Origin: Trichoplax adhaerens | Lineage: Eukaryota > Animalia > Placozoa | NCBI RefSeq assembly: GCF_000150275.1 | Contig: NW_002060944.1 | Location: forward strand, 2,394,152-2,458,151 | Direction of reading: 5' to 3' | Length of the DNA: 64,000 nt | Shown here: one piece after another, positions 38,501 through 52,335 of the stretch | Position numbering within the stretch: position 1 is the stretch's first letter | Layout: each line of letters starts with the position of its first letter | The notes under the pieces: generated by a model | Told to the model about the DNA's origin: nothing | Databases searched by the model: none | What the model saw: only the letters and a program-made list of their open reading frames with translations | Translations under genes and position numbers: made by a program

Positions 38501-40284
38501 AAATTGAGTTTGGCATTGAGCAGCAAGCAATTAATACTACCAAATTCAAATTTTACCTTTCTTCTTCGCATTGCAATAGTAACTGAATAGACTATCGACA
38601 CCATAAATGATCTGTGGGACGTGGTAGCATTCAAACAACAGTTCTGACATTACTAATAACACAAATATTCAGATATAGAAAACATCGTGAGCATGATAAG
38701 AACTTCTTTAATGGCTTAGTAAGAAATGCATTGCATTCCAATTAATCAGATAAGTTAAATAAAGTATTACATGAACGACAATAATTCGGATTACACACAG
38801 CCTCCGTCATTAAAATGGGGTGATCGATGCTTTGTTCAGATGAGATACTCAAGTGGCTGAAGATATGATCTAAGATTTGTTCCTAAAAAATATTAATGAA
38901 TTCCGCAGCTAAGTATAGATTTTTTGGAAGTAAATTCAGAATGAAGCATTGTACCACTATTTAACATCAATTTTGAACTGAGTACATGTGATTGCATTTA
39001 TTGCGAATAACTCACCATAGCTATGACTTAGACATATTTTTACACATACAGTATATTAATCTTACGTGCCATTTTATTTTGTAATAGGTATTTTATGCGG
39101 TATATGTGCGCTAAAGAATTGACGCGTAGCTTCTTAGATAGCTACCTTGCTTAATCACTGTGTTACTTAAAGTATCAATTTGAGTACACATTAAAACTTT
39201 ATAGTCCCACTTCTACCATTAATATACAGTACTTAAAATGTCATTATCTGAGTTACTATAAATACCGTAGGGTGCAATGCATTACTAAAATGTTTAAAAT
39301 TTTTCCACCTATTTTAATAAAAATCTTGCAAGACCTGTGCATCAAAATGGGTAACAACGTCAGCATCGAACTGAGTTCTTAACGACCATCGTAATAATTC
39401 CAAGTTGTTAATATCATTTCCTATTGAGATCTCTTCCTGTAAATATTATCCGGAGTTTATACACAACATGTTAGAAATTATGCTTTTCAATCATTTTCTC
39501 AACTAATGATACCTATACACATTACTAACGTAAACGCTACTGCTGTGAAAATCAGTATCTATTAATCTATGAATAAATGCAGTAACATAAATGTCTTGAA
39601 CTGAAGTACAAGTACCTATATAATCGTGGTGTCAAAGCTAAATTTAAAAGGGATTCAATTGTTGCCTACCTGAATTTGTCCTTTCCTCCCCTTTGACTTA
39701 AGCATTAGATTTCTGAAAATCATCTTTGGTTTATCATCAATTGCCCAGCCAACACGACACTGATATGAGCCTATAAAAAACATCGAATTTATACTATTAC
39801 GTATTGCAGTAAATTTAAACAGACGTCAAGTCATCACAACAATATCACGCAGTTTTGACATCTTAAAGTGAGGTTACGTAAAGCTTTCTACAAAATGTAG
39901 TACGCGTATATCCAGTTCGTACAATATCAAATTCAGCTATGCAATAAAAGGACTTAATCATTACCGTTGTCGATAATAAGGGGCGTTTTTTCATTTTTAA
40001 TAGTCTGCGTATATGGAAAGTAAGGATCGGGTTTTACTTGTGTATATAGGTCTTTAAAAGTAGAAACATTTTCATCCACCATTGAATCCATCAGGCTGTA
40101 AGCATTACCTATAATTTACAATATTATACCAAATATACACAGTAAGATTACAGTATAATGATGATGTCTTGCTAATAATTGAGGCTTTCATATTTTGGAT
40201 TAATAATACAAGATGCCAACTAGGATAAAAATCAGGGATTAATATTAAGCAAAATTTTCGATTACCATCAGATTCAAGCGCCAT
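35502..40284 (-). CDS. ACTR5: Actin-related protein 5 (INO80 complex subunit)
   Basis: TPLIIDNG|SYQCRVGWA...[64 protein letters not shown]...[57 protein letters not shown] small first exon (MALESD, ATG 40284) is inferred; an alternative start lies at 40091. Confidence 0.92.
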
Positions 40285-40299
40285 CTTTCGAATTTATGC

Positions 40300-40445
40300 A
40301 GTGTAGTGCAGTAGACTACTGTAGCGGCTTTGGTACAGTACTGTGCAGTACAGTATAAGAACCACAGTACTATACACTGTACAGTACTTGACTGCTCGAC
40401 TACAGTACAGTACAGATGTACAATGCTGTACAGTACAGTACTTTT
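40300..40445. repeat. TACAG/CTGTA island between divergent ACTR5 and GNL1 starts
   Basis: Clusters of tacagtacagtacag and ctgtacagtac immediately upstream of the inferred ACTR5 ATG. Confidence 0.7.
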
Positions 40446-41114
40446 ACTTTTATTCGTGTAGCCGTCCGTGTACCTGTGAAAACGTTTCGAAATTTAAAAA
40501 TTTGAAAATTTATCTGTATAGTATTTACAGCTAATATATTGTAAATTAGTTTGCATGTGCATTATGCAGTAGTGAACCAGATTTCAGGTAAAACCATGCT
40601 TATAATCCATTAATTAATCTTTCACCTCTCTTATTTTATCAATAGTCAAGACGGTGTGTGATAATCTATATAATTTACAGCTAGTTTGCCCCATCATTAG
40701 ACAACAAGTTTTCTGCAGTAGTTACTCAGTTCTTGACGTTCTGTATCAAGTAAATCCACAATTAAGAACACGAGTACTGGTACAGTATATTCTAGAGCTG
40801 TGCACGTAGCGAATTATGTTGGAAATTGCTGTTCAGTGATTATAATCAGTATCTGCATATGTCTGTATATCGGTTATCTCTAATTCTGTACATGATAATG
40901 AAATTTACTCGCTTTGTGATGCATTATATCAGCAATATTTTATTTTAACTGTAAATAGCAAACGAGTATAACATTGATAACATACTGTACAGTGTAAACG
41001 TAGGTAGCTGTTACTACAATAGGATTTGTCTGTTCTACCTTATCCAATCTAGATACGTTACTAACTACGAGTATTAAAAGAAAGTCATCCCCAAGGAGTT
41101 ACATCCTTACAGTA

Positions 41115-44100
41115 ATGCAGCGAAAGCGACCCTATAGCAATAAGAAAAAGAAGAAGCAACTGCAGGAGAAGAGAGAACGTAAAAGAGGTATATACGGGTA
41201 TAACGTCGCCACGCGAACGGAAATAATTAATCAGATAATTTTTTCCTGTAAGTTTTGTAGGAATAAGATAAGCAGTTAAGTACGGTATGCTGTGTACTGC
41301 TATGGACTTCTAGATCCCCAGTTCTAGAAGTCCATGGTACTGCTCGAGCTAAATCAAATTTTACTGCTACTCCTTAGCACAAAGTTGTTAACCGCAGTTT
41401 ACAAGCATACTGTAATGTTTACTGTTAACTTGATTAGATAGCTTCTGCATCTGTAATTCTGTGCATTATGTTGTTCGTAGAGATCCTTGGTTAAAACGAA
41501 AAGTCCCTTTATTAAATTTACTGTATAATTTTGCGATCACCGGATTTTAAAGTTTTATATACTTGTCATATAGAAAATCGTGCTTTTTTTTGCACTAGTA
41601 CAGTATATACATCACATATTTACATACTGTAATTATGTGAGCACTGTAATAACGATGCCTTCATTTTGTTCTTGATACAATAGCTGCTGAGCAAGTCTCT
41701 GGACTAGACGATGGCCTCTACAATACTGATAGTGCTGCCCAGAAAGCATATGATGATACTGGAAATAATCTACAGGGATTGCAAAAGGAAATACTAAAAT
41801 TGCATACCCAACCGGATAACATCTGTAATAAAGATTATGATGCTAATAGGTTAATCCTTGATCATATTCAATAGTATAGAGTCGGACGTACTACTAAGTA
41901 CCGGATTATTAAATAATATGTTATAATCGCCTTACAGATCCGAATTAATTAAGCGGATTATGAATAATCTGCTATTATAGATCTTTCCAATATGGCTAGC
42001 TAGAATTTAGAAAGAAGGCGTATTTAATAGACTCTTAACGAAGCTATAATCTCCAAATAATACAACTTACGTTTTTAAAATTTATAGGTACCGAATACAT
42101 TTCTGGCGTGAGAAGAAGACGACAGTGGACGAACGAAAAGCCCTGTCTCATCAACCTATTGAACGATTAAGAGAGGTTATAGTGCACATTTCAAGGATCA
42201 TAGAATAGTAATTTAGTTATCCTTTAAATAGAGTTAAGTTGTTTTAACTTATAAATGTACATGATTGGCCTTATTGTAACATAGTAGACTGATTTGGAAG
42301 TAGCCATAGAAGATATTTATTATCCTGGTTCAGGTAATAGTAGTGCTCATCCTTTGTAATTTATGCAACATGATAATTTGGAAAATTGATTTATTGTGAT
42401 TCAAGAGACGACTTTACAGCTCTTGCTTATCTGTGCTATTGTAATGCAGTATTAGATATACCTAAACGGCCGAATTGGTCATATCAGATGTCTAAGAATC
42501 AAGTCGAGAGGAACGAGGAAAAATACTTTATCAACTACCTTCAAAGTATCCACCAAAATCACTCTGAAGAGACGTTAAGCTATTTTGAGCATAACTTGGA
42601 AGTAATTTCTTTGTAATCTAGTCTTAACACAATATTGTAATATTGGATTAAGGCTGATATGCTGTATTTCGGTCTAGAAAGTACTAGCTAACGATAGTCA
42701 TAATATCTATTCTAATTGTAATGTTTTTATTGTACAGACCTGGCGACAGTTATGGCGTGTGCTAGAAATTTCGAATTTAATTCTAGTTGTTGTTGACATT
42801 AAAAATCCTGTAAATAGCAAATGGCACGACTGTATTTTCATCTTTCTGTGTTCTCTGATAATATTTCTTCCTATCTAATGTGTTAATCTTGATCTCATAG
42901 ATACTCCATTTTCCTCCAGCTTTATATGATTACGTTGTTAATGATATGAAAAAGAGTCTCGTTCTAGTTTTCAATAAGGTGAAAATCCTCTGGTGGTTAA
43001 AGTTGGATTTAATAGAATACGGCATTTGTTCGTTAGGGTCTGATTCCAATATGTACTTACAGATAGATTTGGTGCCTGCGCCTGTTGTAGTTGCATGGAA
43101 ACAGTATTTTATGGCAAAATTTTCGAAGTTACGAATTGTATGTTTCACTGCTTATTCATACCATAATGTTGACGGAGTTTCAGCAACCACCGCAGAAAAT
43201 AGTAATGACGAAATTATGTGCAGTGTTGACATTCGTTACTAGCTATAACAAAGACTGAAGTTATATTTTTTGAACAGCATTAACTCGCAAACGCCGTAGG
43301 ACACGCCAGATTTTGAATGTTATGGGGTCAAGACAGCTAATTCATGTTTGCCGTGAACTATTTCCGGATACTGGTTAGATAATGTTTTCTCAACAGTAAA
43401 TTTTTATGTCGATTATTAGCTTATTAATGATTAGTGTAATGTTTACGTTTATTATAAATTCTTTTGGAAGCAGATCATGCTCAATTTTGTTTACTTGATA
43501 TATTTATGTATTTAGATTTATCTCAGTGGGAGGAAAAGATTGAGATAATACCTTCAACTGATCAAGATCAGCTTTCGTCGGAATCTGATTCGGAATCGGA
43601 GTCTAACAATACCACAGGTCATCGAGAAGAAACAAACGGTAAGATAGATTTCGAGAATTACTCTAGAAATTTATCTACTTCTTATTTTATTTGACAATCT
43701 ATGAAATAGATAGTGACGATGATATCAAGGATGAAATGATAACAATTGGACTAATAGGTAAGTTATTCGTATAGAGGTGACAATATGCAGTAAACATAGA
43801 TGTAAGTCATACTGTTACTTATTTTATTGCAAAACGATAGAGATGATTGCTTTTATTTCTAGGACAACCCAATGTTGGTAAATCATCAGTCATAAATGGT
43901 TTAATTGGCAAAAAGGTAAGTTTAAATCTGAAGTGAAATATCAGTACTTCGACGTGCATTGAAAATTTTGGATAATTAGTATACGAAATGCGGATTGGTT
44001 ATACGTAAATATGCTATATTTTTAGAATTGCACTCATAATGAGAGGTGCACTTACATTCTATAATTAAGAAGAGCTTGTTGTATTTAATTGATTGATTCC

Positions 44101-45288
44101 TTAGATTGTTAGCACTTCTCGTTCTCCTGGCCATACGAAACATTTTCAGACTATCTACTTGTGTCCTACCATACGATTATGCGATAGTCCAGGAATAATA
44201 TTTCCTTCACTAATAGATAAACAGTTACAGGTAGTGCTACATTAACTTCTGATGGTATTTACGGCTTATTTGATTTAATGTATTAAAAGGATTTTTCTTA
44301 ATCTATGCCATTTCAGATTTTATCTGGATTATATCCAATTTCACAAGTGAAGGAGCCATATTCTTCTATTGCTTACATTGCAGCTGGAACTCCCTTACCT
44401 AAGCTGTTAAATATTAAGCACCCAGACTGTAACTGTAAAAATCCTAGTGTGGAAGACGGCGGCCAACCAAAGCATCTACGATCATTCTATATTGCTTGCA
44501 GTAAATGTAACTTAACATGGTCTGCTTGGATGATCTGTGAAGGTCTCCTGCTAATAATAGTTTTTTCTAGTAAACATAAGCGAGTACATTTAGATATATG
44601 TGTCAGTGTATGTAATACACGATAAAAAGATAGCGTACCTTAAATTACTTTCGTTATGATCATTTTCTAGCATGGGCCATGAAAAACGGGTTCAAGACCG
44701 CGAAAGCTGCAAGAAATGATGTTTATAGAGCAGGTATAAATGTACACCGTATGAATATCTGTCTCGTAAACTTTTCTAAACAATTTAGAAAGTTACTGAA
44801 GTTGCTATGCATTTAATGATGTAATGATTTAAAAGGACAAAAAGATCATCTTAAAATTTTATTGATTTATACCCTATGTAGCTAATAATTTGTTACGATT
44901 ATATACCGATGGTCGACTTTGTTATTATATGCGCCCTCCTAATTTTATGGCTAAAACAGGTAATTTATTGTACTTTGATATTTCTCAGATTATTTTATAA
45001 TAGATTGTACCGCATCATAAACATTCCTTGATATTTTATGGCTCATAGTGTCTAATAGAGCAATTTTATAAATTATTTACTGATCGCTATTGCTAAGATT
45101 GGAAAGAAGAAGATATACAAGCAATGAAGCTATTACAGCAGAACCATTACAGAAGTAATGCGGCAAAAATGGAAGAAAATAGCCAGATGGAAAACGATTC
45201 GAATACTAATGCCTCTAGTGATGAAAACTTTGATAGCAATCAAGCATACAACTTTAACCGGTTTGCTTTACTATTAGAAAATGAATAA
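41115..45288 (+). CDS. GNL1: Guanine nucleotide-binding protein-like 1 (circularly permuted YlqF/YawG-family GTPase)
   Basis: MQRKRPYSNKKKKKQLQEKRERKR, PKRPNWSY, SYFEHNLETWRQLWRVLEIS, LVFNK(IDL), TIGLIGQPNVGKSSVINGL, STSRSPGHTKHFQT, LCDSPGIIFPS, TAKAARNDVYRAAN, C-terminal NRFALLLENE*. Confidence 0.93.
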
Positions 45289-46556
45289 GAAACGTACTAC
45301 CTTGCATCAGTATAGAATCAATTACGAATTATTTTACGAGGCGGATGAATATGCTTTGATAATATAATTACTGTACGTATTATGATTTGATGATAATTAT
45401 AATGTACAGCTAACAAACCTCTTCATTCGGTATGGATATATTGTCATATATTCTCTAGTAGATGTATTGCATCATATATCTATTGGCGTCTGGCCTTTGT
45501 AATATTGTAATTAAATTGACAAGGAGATCCGTATTTATGAGTATAAGCTGTAAAGAGTTATCTGAACTTTTATTAAGTATATAGCAAAACAAAGAGAAGC
45601 GAAGCAAACTCGCAATTGAGTTCAAGTTATTGTACGTTATTGTACGCTTTGCCAGAGTATATTGCGAAATCACGAGCATTCTCACCGACTGTAAAGCTAT
45701 GTGCTTATTCTATTGTATCCTTACATATATAAGAAACTAACTTAACTCTTGGCAATATATCATTATAATTGCAATTAATAAACTGTGTAACTTTTAATAA
45801 CGTGATAGCGTAGAAATTCTAACGTGTCCACATCATACAGCGCTGCATAAAGATATAATTACAGTAGTGTATATAATAGCATTCTTTATTAATTAATAGG
45901 ATAGTTAAAGATATCAATTACAGTTAAATTGCACATAATCATTTCAGTACTGTAATGTAACGCACACATAAATGACAGTAATCACTTCATGAGATACGAG
46001 CTTTTAAGTTTTTCGGCTGTTTTCGAATAGAACTCTTGATTAGAATTGTATATTAAATTAATAGTCAATAGTCTTAATTTCGGAATGCAGAATATAACAT
46101 GCCTGGTCCACACTATGTATATAACACATCTTATCAACATATCGCACAGTAATATAAATTACTCCAGCTAGAATGTAAAAGTGACGATCATGCACGCTAC
46201 CCGTATGTGCAGTATGGCCGAACGAACGACCATTCCTATTTAATTATGAAATAACCTCACACAGTTGAACCGACGGCAACCAAGTAAGTATTTATCGCCG
46301 ACTAGGAATTGCATTATTTATATCAAGAAATAGTCTATTCAGGCATAATTGTATAAGGAAACTAATATTAATAGCAAAATAATATAAAATAAATCAAGCA
46401 ATAAATACTATTTACTGTAAATGGCCATTTCAGTATGTTTTTGTTTTACCAAAATTATATCCTTTTTTACAAATTTAGATCTGCGATATATATTAATTTT
46501 AATAGTCATTCAATAATATTCTATCAAAAATCTATTTTAAAATAAAAGTAACAAAA

Positions 46557-49500
46557 TCAAACATTGGATTCCTTTACATCCGCTGACGAATATTCGTCAT
46601 TATGAAAGCCAGAGATTATACTGTAACTACTTCTTTTTGAGTACTTTGAAATCTTATTAGCTCTTACTCTTCTAGAAGTAATATCAAATTGAATACCCGA
46701 AGATATAGTTGTTTCGCTATCAACAGAATCTGAGAACCTAACAGCCTTTGGTGTAGCTTCTTCAATGGGTAATCCATCAGTTAGGCGATTGGAAAGTACG
46801 GTCTCAATCCATTGCATGCTAGCAATAAGGCTATCATTGAAATCAGTTACTAGCTCCGGTGATTGTGAGCATGTCTCCTTAATGGAGTTATCATCATTAT
46901 CGCCGATACAATGCGTTAAATTCCCCATTTCTGTATCGCTAACCGCATAAACTCCCGAGCGGCGATTCCTTAATTTAGTTTTTTGACTACTAGAAGTTAC
47001 AATATCTTCGTCATCATAATCATCTTCAACATCATCATCATTAACTTTGTATAATGGCTTGATTGAAATATTTCGCGTAGCACGAAATTGACCACAATTA
47101 TTTAAATGCTCATTTTCTAAACGAAATAAGTTCCAAATAAACCTTCTACAATAACATAAGATTAGAATTTGTTAGTAAAGTTACATAGAACGGAAATCTT
47201 ATTTCGAAAATATCTTACCGAAAAACTTCAAAAGATGCTAATATAGTTATTAGCAAGTCAGAATCTAACAAATTTAATTCACCAACTGAAACAGTTATCG
47301 TCCACGCAAAACGTAGAACCAAGTTTGCAATCATAGCCAAATAATAAAGGTACTACACGAATTAAAAATGAAGCTATTAAGTAACTATTAATAACCAAAA
47401 ATTAAAGTCAGAAACGCGTCAATTTATTTATACCTTGGACGGATAGACGGTTTCTTCTCGTAGTAGTTTGTATGGACCATTTCTACGTAGTAAACCCCAA
47501 TCCATGTATAGATCCCACGAATACGTGTATAGAGTGCTAGCAACCAACGACACAATCCAAACCGAAAAGAGAGGCCCTTGTGAGCTACTACCTACAATAG
47601 CAGTTTAAAATATACTTTAGTAGTTACGATAGGATTCAGTGCCAGTCTAGGTGCGCAAAATTGTTTTACCTCGGTGCAATACCGCCAAAGTTGAAAAAGT
47701 TGTAACAAGGAAGGATGTGAAATATTTACCAGCGTTTACTAAATGAGGAAATTTCTGTTTTGTGTTCTTGTATCGACGGAGACACTGAGCAAAGCGGAAC
47801 CATGCTGGCAAACATGCAATTACAGGCCTAATACCATTACTTACTTCAAGGCACACATCAGGAAGAGATTCGGTAATGGTTTCGTTATTTGATTGAGTCA
47901 CTTAAGCGTACATTAAAAATTGATAGAAATTACCCTTCCACCATCATACTTTCTTAATTGTACTTCAAATCGTACCAACTTACATGTATCAATTTTAGCA
48001 AGCCTACTACCCAATGTAGCGTAAAAGCAAATGCCATATTGGAGGTCTAATAACGCTACCACAAGGCTATTCAATTGATCCGCTAACCAAAAATCGGCAA
48101 ATTTAACGTAGCAGAATGGCGCACGAATTATCCGGCCCTAATCATTAAAAACAGTTATAACATTCAATACTCTATACAAAATAAATAAAAATCATACATT
48201 AGATTGAAATAAAGCATTTACCAATATACGGAGTAACCACAAACGTGAGCTTTTACATCCAAAATCAAGGGGGTTGATAAGATACAATAGCATAAAACTA
48301 GTGACCCCGATGGGGAATATTAGTTGATACCCCACAGGGTGATCACTTACAGACATCATCAGAAAACCGAGAAAACCCGAAGCGCAGATCGTAAAGAGGA
48401 AAAAGCCAACCTATAAAATATAGAATAATGAATGCACAAACTAAATTTTCTGAGCTCTTATTCTCCTATAAAAAAGATCTTGCTCATGCGCGCATACCTC
48501 CATCAACTGTATACTAGTTAAGTTATTTCTAGGATCAAGTTCGAAAATTAGTACATGATTAACACCAGAGATTCGCCAAATATGAATATTTAGACCAAGT
48601 AATGTAACAGCTAGGATAAAAAGCAAATATCCACGAAATATTCTCCAAACGGGTAAAACAAAAGGATCAGACGAAGAACCGCGGAAAGGATTTACAGATG
48701 AAATTAACACTACGAAGATAAACGTTAAAATCCCTTTTACAGTTGGAATTAGAATGATGTTGAGAAAACTATTGCTATTCACCGTTATTTAATAACTATG
48801 CATATCACTGCCTATGCGGACGTACATTGGTATGTGATTATTGCCACAAGGAAGGTAGACATGCCAAACCAAGTACCGAAGCGAAACGTGGACCAGTGGG
48901 ATTGCTGGAATAAGCATAAAATACGCGTATTGTAAAATTTGCTCTTCTTACTATTGAATAGCGCATTAAGGAATAACAAGGATGCAAAGAATTGATTGCA
49001 GGAAATTATTAAAAGAAATACATTGCCATATGTAGTATGAAGTACTGTACAGTGCCAATTTTAATTCAATACCGAACGTCTTTACCAGTATTTTAGTCAA
49101 TTAACTTAACGTTGCTGCAACTTGAAGACATTAATTCTATAATAGCATGTACTGTAGTCTTAAGCTAAATAGCTTTAATAAAATTTCTGCGTCGACATTC
49201 AAATAATAACCTACCCGTTCGGCCAAAGGCGGCACTCGAAGCCTATTCATAGCCTTCGATCTATTACCGAAATCTAAAGCGATGGTCAGATTCTAATAAG
49301 GAGAAAAGATATTTGGATATGTATTAGATTTAATATAAATAGATAAAATTTTAATGGTATACGAAATTTCAGTAATTCATTGTATTGCTATAATAGTATG
49401 GTTACCTGTAAAAATTACAAAGAAGCAAACAAAAGATATACCTTTTTATTGCTAATGATAACGTAGTAATTTAACAACTACTGTATAAGATATAGAGATA

Positions 49501-51846
49501 ACACAATGCACACTTGCTGTTAGTAAACCCTGATTCTTACTATAGTAAATTACACACCATTGCTATAGAATAAAATACCTCTATTTCTTCTATCATGAAA
49601 GCCACTTGCTTATTTGTATGAAAGGGTGCAGTCTCAATTTCTTGTGGGAGGAAGGTTCTTATACCATTCGTCGATAACATCATCTTAGTCATAACCATAT
49701 CACATAAAGGATAAATATTAGCAGCTGAAAACTGAAAACTGCTCCGCGATGCAACAATTTTGTCATTTCATGATCTAGTATCAATCTAACCTTATCGTAT
49801 TTTTTTAATATTTTTCGAAATCCGGTATGGTTTAAAGTCTGCAATCGTTATTGAAACATTTGCTAAAGATGTACTTGAGTTTGATAATCGATCAATTGAA
49901 CTTAATTACATTAAGAGAGCAATGCTGCAGCAGTAGTGTACAATATATTTATTAGCACTATGGTGTATTTCGTGATTAGAGTTTTTAAGGGTATGATCCT
50001 ATAATGCATATTGAACATAAACTGCAAGTATTCTATTTCGAAGCTAGGTACCATGCGACACTACAATTTATACCTGGTAATTTTGTAAGAAAGTTAAATT
50101 CAGGTAGAATTCACTTAAATTGAATCGTAGTTTATTCAACCTCCTTTTAAAAGCCATGCCTAATTTTTTGTTTAGTGGTTTTACTCGGTTGACCAATAAG
50201 CTGGTTTTAGTTTCCTTGCTGAAAGCTACAGAGGGCCGAGGGACTGCTGCACTAACAATTTTTCCTTCACGTAACTTTTTAGTACTGTTAACCAAGAAAC
50301 TTTCGGCTCTTGACCTACGTGCTTCTGCAAGACATCCTATGTTGCGTAGGAATCCTTCTACTTCTATATGTAGTGTTTTAAACTTGCGTTTGCATTCGCT
50401 GATCTTTTCTAATTGCCAGAAATAATTTATAACGATATTTACAATTCAAAACTGCATCATTAAACTTCATTAAAAACATGTTTTAACGTTTTCAACTCAC
50501 ATTTAAAAGTACATTTTAGTACTTAGCATAATACAAGCAGTAACATCTACATTAAAATGATACTCTAAACAGTTACAGCTTTAGCTAGTTATGATCACAT
50601 GCTAAATATTGCTTTGATATTATCTTAGCTAGTTCACTTTTTAAGCAGTGAATACTACCAGACGAAAAAGTGAATAAATCCGAGAATGTAATGACTTTTG
50701 ATACCTGGGTAGATTTTAGCTAATATTTATAATTTCTAGCATCGCAGGTAGGTGTGTTATAGCTAAACCTGTCTAAACCCATGCACTACAGTAAATTGAT
50801 AAATCACTTCGTGCTTGCCTATGGATATACGGGTATAAATATATAAATCGCTAGAAAACCGAGGAGTTTACACTGTAACACTTAAAGAAATTCTCAGTAT
50901 TACCGTTACTCGACTAGAGTTAAGAAGGATGACACGAGCAATGTCACAGGATAGTATAAGTATGCAAGTAGGCATGCTATCTACAGAAAGTCTAGCATGT
51001 GTGTACCTATCGGTGCGAACTAGAGACCTTTAATTATTAATATCTTAGTTCAGTTGGGTGTTCGATGTCATGTAATACGTTGAGCAGCCTCAACTTGAAT
51101 TCAGATACAAGGAAACGATCATTACTTTCATAAAATAATACCTAGTGATCGTCATACGCGAAAGCGTATTAAAAAATCACACTACGATTATGAATATACG
51201 CGTACATATAAGGATAGGATACGATACAGCTCATAATTAATGATTCTACTGTTAATATGCAACACATGTGCAGCATGCAGTAATTTCAACTCCGATAATT
51301 TCATACGTGCATCGTGAGTAAATTCATAAATGAGAAGTTAACTATTTTAAAGTAAAGTGTACCCTGTAATTAGGTTATGATTGCTTTACTGACTTCAATA
51401 GATACTAAGGCACGTCATCCATTCCTAACCTAAAAAAAAGTCGTTGACTCTTTCCAATTCTTCGCTACATAATGCAAAAAATTTTCCTTCAAATTTAACT
51501 AGGTACTCCTCCATGACTTGTTCCACGTTGCCATCTTCATTTTTTATTGGACGTTCGTTATATCCGTAATAGATCATCTGCTTTAATTTCTATAATAATA
51601 CAGCAAGTATAAATCAGATAAAACAGATGAACCTTTACAGAACACCGATGCACCAAATACTTCATATTCCACGAGATATTTGGAAATTATAGCACAGTAA
51701 AAATTCTATTTTTTTTACGTAAGTATATTACCAAAACAATAAAAACAATCTCAACATGTAGTACGCTTATTTATCACCTTATAATTTATATACTGTTTGC
51801 GCCATTCAGGCGTTAAGTTAGCCGCTAGATAGGCTGAAAACTTCAT
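46557..51846 (-). CDS. XPR1: SPX-EXS phosphate exporter (XPR1/SYG1)
   Basis: [106 protein letters not shown]...[47 protein letters not shown]. Confidence 0.95.
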
Positions 51847-52064
51847 CTTACTAATTTCAATGCTACTCTGTTCTATCTTTGCACGATACAATTACAGTGT
51901 TAGGTTTGATTCTTGCGCCATATTTCAAGTAAATTTCTTCGTACACCCACTGAAATGTAGCCTGCCAAGATTTATTTGCTCATATAGATCATCAAGGTAT
52001 TGGACCGAACCGAACCTTTCTCAGGTCTAATTTACTGCATCAATCAGATCCCTCAATTGATTCA

Positions 52065-52335
52065 TACATGTACTGTACTTTTCTAGGAGCACAAAGCCCA
52101 GGAACTGTACCATACCGTACATAGTACAGTATAGTACTCGCACTGAGATTCAGATTTTATTTATGCTGACATATGAGTAAAACAGATGTCGTAGATTGAG
52201 CTGTAGCTTAGATATCTTATTTGACATCTGTTTTACGCAGTTTTGTTTACTATGGCATCAAAGAGGTTTGTACTGTACTTTACAGTACTTTGTAGTCTGT
52301 GTTTTGTTGTATACATACTGTACACTGTAGACTAC
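52065..52335. repeat. Weak TACAG/CTGTA island upstream of XPR1
   Basis: Scattered tactgtac, tacagta and tactgtacactgtag copies 200-500 bp upstream of the XPR1 ATG. Confidence 0.5.
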
